Shown: positions 36,182-50,074 of the stretch, one piece after another | How positions within the stretch are numbered: position 1 is the stretch's first letter | Layout: the number at the start of each line of letters is the position of its first letter | From: Lama guanicoe | Lineage: Eukaryota | Direction of reading: 5' to 3' | DNA length: 64,000 bases | Assembly: GCA_013239625.1 (NCBI GenBank) | Contig: MU054220.1 | Coordinates: forward strand, 1,541,509 to 1,605,508 | Notes under the pieces: model-generated | The model's input: only the letters and a program-made list of their open reading frames with translations | Told to the model about the DNA's origin: nothing | Databases searched by the model: none | Translations under genes and position numbers: made by a program

Positions 36182-39100
36182 TGAGCTGGTTTTTTAAGGT
36201 TAGGCTACTGGGAGACAGGATGCTGGAATGGGAGCAATTTCCAGCTCTGTCACTTAGCAGCCGTGCGACGTTGGACTAGTTCTTTGATCGTATTAAGCCT
36301 CAAGCTCCTCATCTCTAAAATGAGGATAGCACTCCTCTTACTGGAGTAGTCAATTAAGTGCAGTGTCACAGTAAATATTTGGTATGTGGTAGCTGTTAAC
36401 GGCTGTAGACGGCAAGGGGATACTTTACAAGTGTAAGTAGAGATAATATGGGCAAGGTCATGGACCTGGCAAAGGCCAAGAGCTGAGGGCAAGTGGAATT
36501 GCATCTCTAATGCGGGTCCTAACCTTTCTTCAAAGCTATATTTCTGCCATATAATGAGTACCCAGAACAGTAACTAAGAGTTCTCAGTAAATGTTTGTTG
36601 AATGAATGGATGACATTCAGGATCCTCAAATTCAATTACATCTCAGCCCATCTCCCCAAGCGTGCAGTGGTACTTGCATACTCCAGCTTCATTGAACACT
36701 TCATGATCACCCTGTTTCCCAAGCTAGAAGCCCCAGAGATGACTTTGATTCCTCTCTACCCCTCCCTCTTCTAAGAAGTCACTGCTGGAGCCTCAGAAAT
36801 ACCTCTTGAATTTGTCATCCTCCCTCCTTCCCCACCGCCTTGGTGCTTCATCTCTGCTCAGCTGCTGCAGCAGCCTTCTATCTCGTCTTGCTGCCTCCAG
36901 CGCAGGACGTTGGCAGCAGATAAAGCTGGAGCTCTGACATGACTCAGGTGTGGGAGGATGGCTGCAACTTTTCTCTGCCTATATGGGCTTCCGGCAAGGA
37001 ATAAAATACTTCCTTCTGACCTAAGTATCTTAAGACTTCTTGCCCTAGCATCCTTAAATCCACAAACCCCAAGCCCAAGCCATGCAGTCCCAGTTCTCCT
37101 ACAACCTCCTCTGCTCTGCGTATTTGTGCCTCACTCGCAGCTGCTCTTTGGGTCTGTTATCTTCCGCTGGAGCCTTGTGCAGGAGAAGCCAAGCTGAGAG
37201 ACAAGGATATTTAAAAATAGAAAGTGGGTGTAAAGTTCTGCAGTTGCGAATGTTTTTTAAAAGACTAATTCAATCTCTCTTCCATTTGAGCTTTTGAAAT
37301 TCTTGTCCACCCCCTCATCTTCCATCTTTTCCCAAAGCCTGTGAGTTCCTGCCCTCTCCTTGGTCAAGTCCATGATAAACCTGGAAACCATGGCGGCTAA
37401 GAGATGTGACCTGGAAAGCAGTGCCTCTGTAGACAGCTATACAGAGTAAAAACTATTGAGATAACAAATGGACTTACCACCTAATGAGAGAATATTTATT
37501 GGTGGCCCACTGCATGACCTGCCCGTATATCCATTAGTTCCAACCAGTAAAACAGCCATATACAAAAACAAAATATTACCCCATTTTACTGATAGAAAAG
37601 TGAAGTTCAGAATGGCAAACTGATTTGCCCAAGACTGATAAATGACAGAACCAGGATTCAGACCTGAATCTGCAGGTCTGAGGAATTTCTGATATGTCAT
37701 GGACACGTACTGAGTTCTGCTTTTCTACATCAAAATAGGGGAAATGGATTTAAACAAGGGGTTAAAAATGAAACGAGAGGGAACTTGAGATTTTATAACA
37801 ATGAAAGGGTCAAGTTGTAGATTATGGTTGCATAATATGCAACGGTATTGTTGGGTCAGAAGCCTCATAAACTGGCTTAATTAAGAGAAAGAATTTATTG
37901 GCTCAAGTAACAGGAATGGCCTGTGGTTAATCTGATGGTTGGAACAAAGGCATCAGGACTCCCACTCGCCCCATCCCTCGGGCGACCTCTGCCTGGTTTC
38001 CCTCTCAAACAGGCTCACTCCACTTGGCAGCATGATGACAAATGGCAGCTTCACTCACACGGCTTCCTAGAGCTTGTAATTTCAGAGAACAAGTCAATAT
38101 CTCTTAGGGAAGTTCCAGCAAGAATCCCCTGGAGGACTCTGGCTTGTGTTCATCTGTCAACCATTCCATTCGGTGTGTCTGGGGGATGGAGTACTCTACC
38201 AGGCAGACCTGAGTCTCAGGCCCAGCCTCAAGATGTCAGGATCCAGGGTCAGCCCCATCGGAACCATATACAGTTGGCCCCGTATCTGCGGATTCAGCCA
38301 ACCAGATTCAAGGGTCTACCACACATTGGGCTGGAGGGGTGTGGCTCATCAAAGAAAGGTTTCCAGGCAAGGACAGAGACTGCAACCTGTCACAAAGAAA
38401 CAGCTTGACCAGCGAGGGAAAGAAAGTAGCACAGTCCACCAAGAACTTAACCTATGAAAATCCACCAAACTGAGATGAGCGCAGGGGTTGATGGGTACTG
38501 AAACTTATGCACAGGTGTGTAAATATGTTAATCACCCCGTCAACCACATAATATCCCCATTTTTTCAAGTGGAAAAAAATGGAAGCTCAGAGATTTAAAT
38601 AACTCGCTAGTAAGGGGCAGAGCTAGAGTTCAGACCTGAATATGCTTGGCTCCAGACCCAGCGCGCTTTCCACCGCAGCGCACTGCCCATCTGGGAGGAG
38701 CCAGGAGCCTTTGGGAGAGGCGGGCAGGTGAGCGCTAGGAAGCCAGGTCCCCGTGGGAGTCCCACCCATCTGCCCCGCGGTGCTCTGACTGAGGGCAGCA
38801 GAGCATTGGCCCGGGAGACCCCCACCTCCACCCCGCCCCAGTAACCACAGTCCTGCACCAATACCAGCTGAGCAGCTGAGCAATTCTTCATGTGCATCAG
38901 CGACCGTCCTCTCTCAGTGGGAGGAAAACACTACCAGGGAGCTGCTCCCCCATCCTTACTTCTGACCATGGGAAGAAATTACCTGGCGCTGTCAGTGGTA
39001 CAGGAACTAGGGGAGAAAGCGGAATCGAGAAGGAAGGCTGTGTTGGGTATGGAATGAGTGGATGAGCGAATACATAAAGAGTCCTAGAAAAATGATTTGA

Positions 39101-40429
39101 AAAAGTTAGAGGAAAGTTACTATCTCACGTTTAGAGACTTAAATGGGAACATGGCACAAGAGGGATGAGAAGCTCTGAAACAGGAAATGAGGACGGCTCC
39201 TTTGCAAAAAATTCTTGGACAGGAAAAGGAGGGAGAGCTGAAGAGACCGTTGTGGCTCTGCAGAGAGCTCTCTGACAGACGAAAAAGCAGGTGTAAGAGG
39301 AGGAAGGTTAAAGTCCTTGATAAATTGAAAAAAAAAAAAAGTGCAGACAATAAAAGATATCGTTGGTTATGTTCAGAGCAAGAGGAATAAAGGGGGGATA
39401 GGGTTCCACTTGGGAGTGAAGGTTGTCAGAAAGCAGAATACTCAGCCCTGATTTTCTTCATTCTCCCCCAAAGAAAAGCAGCTCTCAACTGAACTGAGTC
39501 AAGCAAAACATGGTTTAGAGGAAACTGAGGCTCCAAAGAGAAGAGAAGATAGTAAGAAAACCTTGGCACCCAGCCATTTAAAATGAGTTGTGAGTCCCAA
39601 GGTACTGAAAAACCGTTGCAAGTAAGATCCTGGAACCCTTGCCGAGGTAGCTGAGAAAGCCATGGAGGAAAGGAAAGGGGCCTCGGTGCCCGATGGCTGT
39701 GGATGTCCTGGTATCAGAAGAGATGAAAGGTAGATTCTGGAAACTCTAGGTGGGTACATTTCAGGTGAATTCCCCCCAAATTTATTCTGGAATATATTAA
39801 ACCGTGGGTTTGAGAACACTTAGAAAAAGAATGGTTATCTTCACTGAAAACAAGATACAGTAAATAATACCAACAATACTCTAGTTTGTTATTTATTTGA
39901 CAGCCATTAAAAAACTTTCCTTGGCTGTAGCGTACCCTGTTTCCAGTTAGACATGGAATGCCTCCTGACTGAGGAGACGGCAGGAAATTGCCCAGTCGGG
40001 TGGGTTTCTAGCACATTTAACCACTGTGCCCCTCCCCCCAAGTTGGTTATTGGGTTGATACGAATCTGGGGAGAAGTCTTAAGTTTCATGCTTGTAGCCT
40101 TGGCATTTGTTCACCTCAGTTGTTGTTAATTGTCTCTGCCACACTCACAGTGTAGATGGCACCATTATTGGGAGGAAAAGCTAATATTTGGATGTCAGAA
40201 TCAAGATTGTAAAGTATCTTGAAACAGCGAGCTGAAACCAACAGGATGAATGTAGAAGTGAAAAGACCTGCATTTATGTGTATTTTAAAAAATCAGCTGC
40301 ACTAGCACCAGCTGAAGAAAGTTTGACAGTGGTATGTGTGAAAAAGGTGAGGGCTTCCAGCCAACCTCAGGTTGAGGAGAAGCCAGTAGGAACTGAGGAG
40401 GTGCTTAAAAAGATAGTGGTTCTTCCCAC

Positions 40430-41700
40430 CTTTTAAAAATTTTAAGTACAAAAGGGTGAAACAGTGAAAAGTGTGTCTCTCTCCCATAACCATTCCTCTT
40501 CCCAGGAGGCAACCACTGTTAATAATTTCTAGAAGATCCTCTCTGAAGTAGTCTGTGCACACATAAAAGCAAATACTTACTTTCTTTTTTTTTTTAACAA
40601 AAATGGTAGCATACTGTACATTGTTTTTTTTTTTTACTTAACAGTAAATTGTAGAGATGATTTAATATCGGTACATAAAATGAGGGTGGGTAGTATTCTA
40701 TGCATCTGAATTTATTGAATGGGACCTCTACTGCTGGACATGCAGATTGTTTCCAGTGTTTTGCTATTAAAAACAATGCAGCAATGAATAAATAACATGT
40801 CATTTCAAACATGTGAGCATGCATCTGAAGAACAGCTTTTCAAGAAGCAGAATCACTGAATTGAAGGGCATGTGGTAGATCTTGTCCACTTGCCCAGTGG
40901 TACTAGTTGACCCTCCCACTGACAGTGTATGAAGGTCCATTTCTCCATCTCCTGACAATAGACTGTGTTATAAATCTATTGATCTTTGGTAACCTGAGGT
41001 AAAAAAAAATGATGGCATCTTACTGTAATTTTCTTATTCTAACAATTGTTTTTTTTTAACTGCTTATATCCTTTACCCCTTTTCTACTGAGTTGTCTTTT
41101 TCTTAGAGCTCTTTATATATTAAAGAAATTTTCTCCCTGTGATATGAATTATAAATATGTTTTCCTGTTTGTAGTTTGTCTTTTGATTTTTGCCCCAGGC
41201 AGTTTTGCCATGTAAATATGTTTTCTTTTAAGCAATAGTAAAATGTATCCACCAATTTTTTTTTTGAACTCTGGATTTTATGTTATACTTCAAATATCTT
41301 CCTCACTCTGAAATTTTTTTTAATATTACTTGATTTCTTTTTGTACTTTTTGGGTTTCATTCTTACATTTAAATATGTGATCCATTTGGAGTTTGTTTTG
41401 GTATAAGATATGATGCATGGATCCAACTTAAATTTTTCCAGATGGCTAACTAGTTGTCCCCATACAGTTTATTAAATCATGTTTCTTTTCTTCTCTGATT
41501 TATTTACTTTTTGGAGGGTGGGAAGGCAATTAGGTTTATTTATTTCTTAGTGGAGCTACTGGGGATTGAACCCAGGACCTCGTGTGTGCTAAGCAGGCAC
41601 ACTACAGCTGAGCTCTACCCTCCCCACCCCTCTGATTTAAAATAACACTTTTTTAATATTCTACTTCCAAAATGTATTTAGGCACATTTGAAAGAAATTA
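40430..41700 (-). mobile_element. Old L1 (L1ME-like) remnant
   Basis: T-rich; ttccagtgttttgctattaaaaacaatgcagcaatgaat; tttttccagatggctaactagttgtccc. Confidence 0.65.
41503..41629 (-). mobile_element. Vic-1-like SINE
   Basis: 10-bp TSD ctctgattta at 41493-41502 and 41630-41639. Confidence 0.85.
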
Positions 41701-42394
41701 AAGTTTTTATTGACATTTTAAACTACTTTTCAAATGAAAGCAATAAATATTCATTATAGAAAGTTTGGGAAATAAAAAACATCCAGAGAAAATAAATATC
41801 ATCCCTGAACCCACCATAAATAACTAAATATTTTGGTGTTTATCCATCCAGTCTTTTCCTGCATGATTATATTTCTTAACTGATTGAGATGATACTAAGT
41901 CCCCCAAATCAAGTGTGATCTAAATGCCCAAAGTGGACCAGTCATCATCTGACCCAGACTGAATCCAGGGCAGGAGGTGGAGTAAACACCTTGACTCCTC
42001 CAGCTCCTTCACGCCCGCTCTCATTCTAGTCACCATGTCCTTCATATTTTCCCTCCAGAGACTCACAGGCCCTCAACTGCAAAGTCCTCTCAGTATGTAA
42101 ATGAAGAAGCCAAGACCCAGAGAGAGGAAATAACTCGTAAAAGTCGGAGTGCTTTTAACTGCAGGAAACAGAGGACTCAAATCAAAATGGCTCCACCAAA
42201 AGGGGATTTATCGTCTTCCATAATGAGAGGTCCATGGGTAGGGTCTGGAGGTATTTGTGCCTCCAATCTCCTCTGCCAACATCGGTCAAAGAGGGCCTGC
42301 AGCAATAGTTCAGATAAAGCCTCAGTTTGGGGAGAAACTCAGTAACTGTACTGTATCTTCAGTCCAATTTTGACAAGTTCTGGCTCCCTCAGGG

Positions 42395-43000
42395 TTCCAA
42401 CTATCTACTGCTGCAGCATCCCAAAAGTTTCTGGTTTAAAATAACAACACTCAGTTCTATCCCTTGTGGGTCCGGAGGTGCACTGGGCTGAGCCAGGTGG
42501 TTCCCTTTCAGAGTCCCTGGTCCAGCTGCAGGCAGACAGTGACTGGGCCGAGAGTCATCTTGAAGGCTTCCTCACGCGGACTGCAAGCAGTTATGCTGGA
42601 ACCTCCGCCGGGGTCAGGGCCACTTCATGGGATGCAATTTATACAGCTACACAAAGTTCCACGCTTAGAAGGGCTCTAGGTTGGGTTTGATGCTCTGTTA
42701 TCACCATCTAAATTCTTTTCTGAACAAGAGGCCTTGCATTTTTATTTTGCACTGGACCTTGCAAATTAGATAACTGGTCTAATCTAATCTTACTGGAGTG
42801 GGGCTGTTGGCCACAGTATCTGCACGTGGTCTTTCCATGTGGCCTGGGCTTTCTCACATCATAATGGCTAGCTTCCAAGTTTCTGTTTCAAGAGAGGGCC
42901 AGGCTGAAGCAGTGTCACCCTTTATGACTGAATCTAGGTCCTCCTCTTAGAGGGGAGTGACATGGTCCAGTGTCAGAAGAGCAGGTGGGATGAGAGATGC
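42395..43000 (-). mobile_element. MaLR LTR (MLT1-like) with a nested MER53-like hAT element at about 42614-42780
   Basis: MLT1 motifs (cacgtggtctttccatgtggcctgggctttctcac); MER53-like ttgcatttttattttgcactggaccttgcaaatta. Confidence 0.6.
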
Positions 43001-44369
43001 TGTCACAGCTGTCTTTGGAAAATGCCATTCGCCACATCTGGTCAGGAGCAGGCCACATCTGCATCCCTGCCCTCAACCTCCCCATTTGCAGAAGAGGCCT
43101 GGGGTTCCCTTCTGGGAAAGGGGCCAACAGAGAGCCAGGAATTTATCCTCACAGCCACGCCCAACTTCCCCCATTATGGTTGTTTACCAAGTGCTCAGAG
43201 GGATTGGAATCAGGGGCAGTGGGGCCAGGAGCCCAACCGAGAAGTTCCAAACGTCTACTCCCCTGGAGGGCTGAACTCTCCAAGGAAGGCAGATACTCAG
43301 CACCCTGACATCTGTTTCTCCTGCCGGCATCTCTGCTTGGCTGATGATTCCTCCTCTTTCATTTCTCCCTGGGGCATGTTGTTGTCTTTCTCATTAACTT
43401 CCCCTCAACTCCCAGCAAGGTCCCTAGACTCTGAGCTCAGCTAATTCCCCTGTAATCCTCCGGCAAACCAGGAAGCTAATTAAATTGTGAGCTTGTGCGC
43501 TCACTCTCTGTCAGTCTCTGCATTTCTTCTCCATCTCTCTTCCATCCATCTCTTCCCTTTCTTTTCCTTTCTTCCTATTCCTGCATAGTTCAGATTCATC
43601 TGGACACTCTGAGTCTTTTCTTGGAGATCTCTCTGCCTCTCCTCGCTGCTTCTGTCTCCTGCCTTTCACTCTGTAGCCAGAGTAATCTTAAAATCCTGTT
43701 CTGAGCACCCTCCTCTCTACTGCAGGATAAACCAAGCTCCTTAGCTCGGCATTTAAGGCCCACACACCTTACCTGCCATGCCTCCTTCACAAACTCCCCT
43801 TGAACTGAGCCACATACAGGCCCATCTATGGCACCTCCACACCTTTTTCACACTCTTACCTTTGACTGGATCCCACTCCCTCACTCCTCTATCAGCACTA
43901 TGTAAAATCCTCACCATCATTTAGAAGTAACTTCTGTGATACCTGACTCCCCCGGGTGGAATTTCTCCCTCCCAGAGCTCTCATACCACTTTGCACCTCT
44001 CTCCTGGTGCTGATCTCTTTTTACCTGTTAAGGTTTTTTATGTCCACATCCAGCCATTCTCACTAAATGATCAGCTCCTTGAAGGAAGGGTCTTTAGGTC
44101 CTATTCCTCTCAGCTTACTCCTGAGTACCTACCTAACAATGTGTCTTAGAATACTTCATTGTTGCCTCCTGGCTCAAAGTAGCAACTGGAGCTCCAGCCT
44201 TCATGTATACATTCTAGGAGAAGGGAAAAGAATAAGGAAGGCAAAACAGAGTGGGCCTCCCAGCTGAGTCAGTCCCTTTAAAGCACTTTTCTTTCCCAGT
44301 AACTTCTGCTTACACCTCATTGACCAGGTTTAGCTGCAGGAGACACTGGGTACATTGCTACCCTTCAAA

Positions 44370-44610
44370 CTCACTTTATTTTACAGATGAAAAAATAAGG
44401 CCCAGAGAAGATCAGAGAATTAGGGAAACCACAGAGCATAGTATTTAAGGACTGGGTTTGGAGCTAGACAGACCTGGGTTTGAATCCTGCCTCTGCATTA
44501 ACCTCTTTATTCCTTATTTGTAAAATTGGGCTAATGGTACCTATTTCAGGGGATGTTAAGAAATTAAATAAGGTAATGGTGAAATGAAAAAGCACTTAAC
44601 ACAGTTATTA
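44370..44610. mobile_element. MIR remnants
   Basis: attttacagatgaaaaaataaggcccagaga; ggagctagacagacctgggtttgaatcctgcctct...tgtaaaattggg. Confidence 0.7.
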
Positions 44611-46869
44611 TTCATTGTCTCAGTCTGGGTTCCCCAAAGCCAACCCTGAGACAGATTTGGATACAAGTAGTTTATTTAGGAGGTGATTCCAGAAGCAGGG
44701 TGAGGGAGTGAGAGACAAGGAAGGGCGGAAAGAAAGCAGAGCATACAGGGATGAGTAAGTTCTCCCTGCGGACAACTTAGGCTTCACTCTGCTCAAGTCC
44801 CTCTGAGACTGGAATGTGCTTAGGGACTGGGAATTGTCCCACTTTCAGGGGGACAGAAAGTTGGAGGCTTTATCCACTAACTTTGGGCCCTCCTTGGTTG
44901 AGGATTGCCCTAGAGGCATTAATTCTCCACTTACAGCCTGCCCCATGCTTACTTCGAAATGCCTCAGGAGAGAGACTGGGAGCGGGTTCAGGAACTCCGC
45001 AGGTGACCTCTAGGTAGGCATCAGGGTTTGAGTAGGCGCACCGATAGCATCTGCTACACCCAATGAAAATTATGATTGTGTTGTTGTAGTCACACAACAA
45101 AGTAGTGGCAGGCAGCAACTACAACTTAGTCCAGGGCTCTCTTCTCTGAACCCCGCTGCCTCCTAACTTCCATTCTGGTGCACCCCTACCTTCACCCCAG
45201 CCTGCCCAAAACACCCACCAGTACCTGGCATCCTCTTTCTCCATATCTCTTTGCCAGTGGCCTCCACCTTGTCCCAACCTTGGATGTAAACCCTGTTGTC
45301 ATCTGCCTCAGTCACCTGTTTCTACCCACTACACTGACTTCTCTAATGAAACTTTTTTGTTGACCCAGGGAAAGTGTGAAATGGCTTTCAGCCTGAGACA
45401 GACCTCCCCACCAGGATTTAATTGTCCTGCCTTGAGAGTCCTGCCTTCTTCCCTTCCCTCCCCTCCCACAATTGGAATCACACCTTCAAAAGGCACCTTT
45501 CTGATGGCAACCCCACCCTCCTGGTCCAGAAGAGGTACTGTTGCCCTAAGAAGGGTTGTGGCTGCCACAGGTTGGCTCTCTGCCTTCCCCAGCTACATCG
45601 CTGTGTGGCTCATCCCACCCTCACCCTATCTCACCTCCCACCACACTGCACACAGGCCTTTTCAAGCTAGTGAAGAGGATGGGAGACAGTCGTGATCTGA
45701 TAGGGCTAGACAGGCGCTTAACTTTGTGTCCCCAAATGCTCCCATGCCCAGCCCCAAATGCCTCCATCCATTCCTTTCCATTAAGGCACATATCCATTCA
45801 TTTCATCGTGCCCCCAACACCCAGAAGAACACTTACTGAGTTCATCATCATTGTCAACACCTTCGGGAGGACTAACCCTTGTTAGATTAACTGGGATCCT
45901 GTAAGTTCTGAGAGTTCCAGAAGGAAAGCCCCAGAGGGCAGGGGGTTTCATGGGGCACTAGGCTTCTCAGGACTGCACAGAGGGTCTGTGGCAGAGCCAG
46001 GACTAGAGCGCAGGCCTCCTGAGTCAACCAGAGGCAGGCAGAGGGGACTGGCTCCTGGCAGCTGAGAGTAGGGCTCTTCAGAATCCATCCAGTCAGTCAG
46101 CCTCTACTGAGTGCCCTGCACAGCTGTCCAGAGAGAGGAGCAGCCTCCCTGAGGTGGGGTCAAAGCCCAGGGTGGAAGCCATGGAAGGGCCTCCATGAGT
46201 GCTGGGGTGGGAAGACAGCTGTCCCAGCCCTGATGCCCTGCTGGGTCCTGCCACCCTGGCCCAACTAGGTAGGTGTCAGTGATCAATGTCCCTCAGCAAA
46301 CAGGCCCTTCGAGCCCTCCCATTGCCCTTCTCAACCCTCTCCCTCCTTGCAGGCGCTGTGGAAGCAGCTTTTCCAGCCAAAACTCAGTTCTGCCCCCAGG
46401 ACTCCCCTCCTTCCTTACCCCCTCCCCAGGGGGCCCAGGCTCACCCTCTGATATCTGGGGGCTTTGTCTTTCGCCTTCATTCCTAACCAACCACGGGCAT
46501 TTTCCAATTTGGAGGTGACGAAGAAAACAGATCACCGTAAGCCCTTCCTTTACTGCCAGCATTGACCCATTTATCCTTCTTTTCCCTCAGACCCCCTCCC
46601 CCAGTGCCACTCAGCCTGGACATCTGTCCCAGCCAAAACCTCACCTTCCACTGTCCTTGCAGCCCAGAGCCTGGTCCAGTCTCTGCGCCCTGCTCCAATC
46701 CCCTCTCCTCGAACCAGGGAGGAGGCTGCTCTGTAGAGTGCCCTGAGCCACCCTTAGCTTGGCCTCTCCTCAGGCCTCAGTTTCCCCATCTGCTAACTTG
46801 GATTATTGATGCCTGCTCTCCAGACCCAGAGGATGAAGCCCTAGGGAGGTCACGGAGGAGGAAGGGCCT

Positions 46870-47290
46870 CCTGCACGCGGTGCCCCGGGCCCTGTGGCCC
46901 CGCACTGGGTCCTCGGCGCGCCCCTCCCTCTCTCTCTCTCCCCCTCCCTGCTCTCCCCCTGCCCGCCTCTCCCCCGCCTCTCCTCCCTCGGGTCCGGCGG
47001 CTCGCTCTTTCGCGGTCCTCTTTCCCTCGCTCCTGCCCGCGCCTCGCCGCCCGGCGCCCACCCCGGGGTCCCAGCGCCCCGCCCGCCGCCGCGGGCCCTG
47101 CCGCCCCCGCCAGGCCCGGCCCCGCCGCAGCGCGGGCGGTCAGTGCGTAGCCCGGTGCCCTCCCGGAGCCGGAGCCGGATCGCGGGCTCGGAGCGAACCC
47201 GACCGACCGCCGCCCCCAGCCAGGTGAGGGATGCTCCGGGGCGCGGGGAGCCAGGCTTTCTCCTTAACTGGAAGCGGGGGCGGGGGAATG
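46870..47290 (+). promoter_or_regulatory. C1QTNF4: C1QTNF4 CpG-island promoter and non-coding exon 1 (donor after 47223)
   Basis: CpG-rich with GC boxes; ends in CAG|gtgagg at 47223/47224, pairing with acceptor ctcccag|G at 50070. Confidence 0.75.
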
Positions 47291-49743
47291 GGTCCTTTTT
47301 CCCTGAAAGGAGGACCTGGGAGAGCTTCTCATGAAAGAAGCTCAAGGGCTTTTACTCCGAAGGGATGTATGAAGGAAGGTCTGGGGGGAAAAGGGTCTGG
47401 GGTACCATTTTCTGAGGGATATTTTTTTCCCATGAGAGAGGATTGTCTTCTTCCGTGAAAGGGGGACGGACTTACCTTGTCGGGAGCGTGAGGGGCTTTC
47501 AGGGTAGGTGGGGAGGGTGGTCTGGTCAGAGCTTGAGGGAGGGGGTGATTTGGGAGTGGGGTTTGATGCGGGAAGGTGGGGGTCTCTGGAATTCCCTTTG
47601 ACATGGCTGCATCTCCCCCGTAGATTCCGGAGCTCTGGGTCTGTCCAGTTCTCTGTGTCCTAGTTTTTTCTCTTTGAAGATGATAATTTTGAGCTTCACC
47701 TGGACAGAGCTAGGAACAGCCATTTCCTTCCCTGGAGCTATGATACCCGCCGGACACCCTCTCACCTCTGACCTGCTCTGGGAAGGGGGTTTAGGGAAGG
47801 ATGGGGGACACAGGATCTGGGAAATGGGCAGTGGTGGGTGAAATGAAAGCTGGGTACTGGACACACAGGAGGACCTTCTGGCACCGGCAGGGTGCACCAG
47901 GCTCAGCAGGGAGATTGCTGAGGGTAGGGTGAGCAGGTGCCCCTGGACCAAGACTCGCTGGGACAGCAGCAAGGTTAGGAAAAATGGAGATGTTTCCATA
48001 CTCCCAGAAGACAACAATGCTAGTTTTTGGTTGGTTGGTTTTGTTTGGTTTTGCTTTCTTTCCCCTTCACCCTAGATCCCCAAACCCATTCTACTTCTCT
48101 CTCCTCCTATTTTTGCCAAAAGGGAAACAGAGGCAGATGACAGGTTGGCTGGAAATATTCATGTTCAGAAGGGAGAGGTGGTGGAGAGGAAAGCACACTG
48201 AACTTGGAGTCAAAAGACCTCAGTTCAAGGCTTGCCTCAGTGCTTCATGGGTGACCTTGGGCCAAAATGTTTTCTCATACTGGGCCTTGGCTTTCTCCGC
48301 TATAAAATGGGAGAAGGGCCACCTGACTTGCAGGTTGGTGTGAGATCAGATGTGCCCAAAGAGCTTTGTGAAAGGGGATGCACCGAATACTGTGAGGTAC
48401 AGATGGGCTCCCCAGCCTCCCTGCCCTCACCAAGGGTACTGGGGAGCCCATGGGGCACCTTTATAATAATGAGAACAGGTACTTCCTCTGGAGGGAGAGT
48501 GTTCAGCTGGGCTAGGGACTTGGGGTCTTTTTTATCAGAATTACATAAAGGCGCACTTTCCCCCAGGTGCAGCCATTCCACACAGTTGGGCAAGTAGAAC
48601 ATATGTTGGACTCCAATGCCCACCTCCCCTCAGGTGAACGTCCCTGTTGTGTGCGGTACACCTGCACAGTTGCACCTGGCAGCCCTTCTTAGCACCCTCA
48701 GTGTCTCTAAGAGACATAAAGGTACACACATTCCCAGGGCATTTCCTATAGAAGCCTATGTCCTAAGCTGTTACTAGCTCACTTTCTTTCCTGCTTTGCC
48801 TCCACTTTGCCTCCAGGGTAGGAGTTACTGAGTCGCTAACCCCTTATGTCAAGAGCCCGATCAGATAGCTTTTCTCAAGGTTAAGAGCAGAAGTATCTGC
48901 ACACCTGGGCGGCACCACTGTCCACAAACCATGTTCACACTTGGTATCTCAGAGCATCCTCAATGTAAACTTGTGAGGCAGGTGTCCTCCCCACTTACAC
49001 AGAGGGCACCATGCCCAGAGAAGGTAAGGAACTTGCCTAAGATTTCACAGCATGTAAAGGATAGAGCCAGGACCTGAGCCCAGGTTTAGTTGTCGGTTCC
49101 CTCCCCTCCCCCACTACTGAGGAACCAAGCTGCTGACCTCACAGACTTGCCAAAGCCCTTCTGGAATTGTTACCTTCCCTCTCTATCCCCTGCAGCCCCT
49201 GGCTCTCCCTCTCAGTGACCAGCCCCCAAGCCCAGAAGACTGAGTCCCTTTCTCTTACTCTGAGTTCATGGTGGGAGGGAACTACCTCAAAGCCCAACTT
49301 TCTGGCCTCTTTAGTGCAAGAGGGGCCCCTGGAGAGTTCAGAGGTTCGGTGTGAGAGCTGACCCCTGACTGAGTCAGAGGGCGGCAGAAGGGTCAGGGAG
49401 CAGCTGTTTCCTTTCCTGCCCAGATGAGGGCTTAAACAGCAACCATCATGAAGGGTATCAGTATAAAGAGCCAGTTTTTGAGTGAGGGCCGGTCAAGGAC
49501 CACAGAACAGACAGGAAAGTGCAGCAAACCGGAGGCTGAAGGAAATTCAAAGATCTTCTGACCACCCTCTGTGTTCCCAGGGCCCCTGGGTATCAAGGAG
49601 ATGTGGTAAGCACAGCTAACAGGGCTACAGGCCCCTTCAACCAGAGCATTTCTGCTTGTATGCATGGTATAAGTCTGAGCTTTCACTTGAGAAAGGGGTT
49701 CGGTGGTTACAAAAAAAGGAAAAAAAAATCACTAGCCTCATCT

Positions 49744-49911
49744 AATGGTTCCCAAAGTGTGGTGGTCCCTGGACTAGCAGCATCTACATTACCTGGGTTC
49801 TTGTTAGAAATGCAAATTCTCAGGCTTCCTTCCAGGTGAGGTAGGGGTAGGGCCAAATAATGTGTGTTTTAACAGGCCCTCCAGGTGCTATGTAAATTGG
49901 AGAACCACTGA
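49744..49911. mobile_element. MER5A-like hAT-Charlie element in the C1QTNF4 intron
   Basis: tggttcccaaagtgtggt...ttgttagaaatgcaaattctcagg...tgtgttttaacaggccctccaggtg...gagaaccactg. Confidence 0.75.
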
Positions 49912-50074
49912 CCTAGTCCGAGTATGTAGGAAACCAAGTCCTAGTTGTGGGTCAAGGGCTGGGCAGTGAAGGGAACCCATCTCCCAGTCCGCAGCTCCGG
50001 CAGCTCAGGAGATTTGGAGGTCACCCCTGCCCAACCCTCCTATCTTCGCCCTTGTGCCTCCCCTCCCAGGCGCC

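Noticed and set aside
46562..47345. ORFs over the C1QTNF4 promoter
   Set aside because: GC-rich stop depletion; the exon appears non-coding
27717..50070. MTCH2-C1QTNF4 readthrough fusion
   Set aside because: Same strand and some splice phases are compatible, but nothing in the sequence supports it; poly(A) signals and a CTCF-like site intervene
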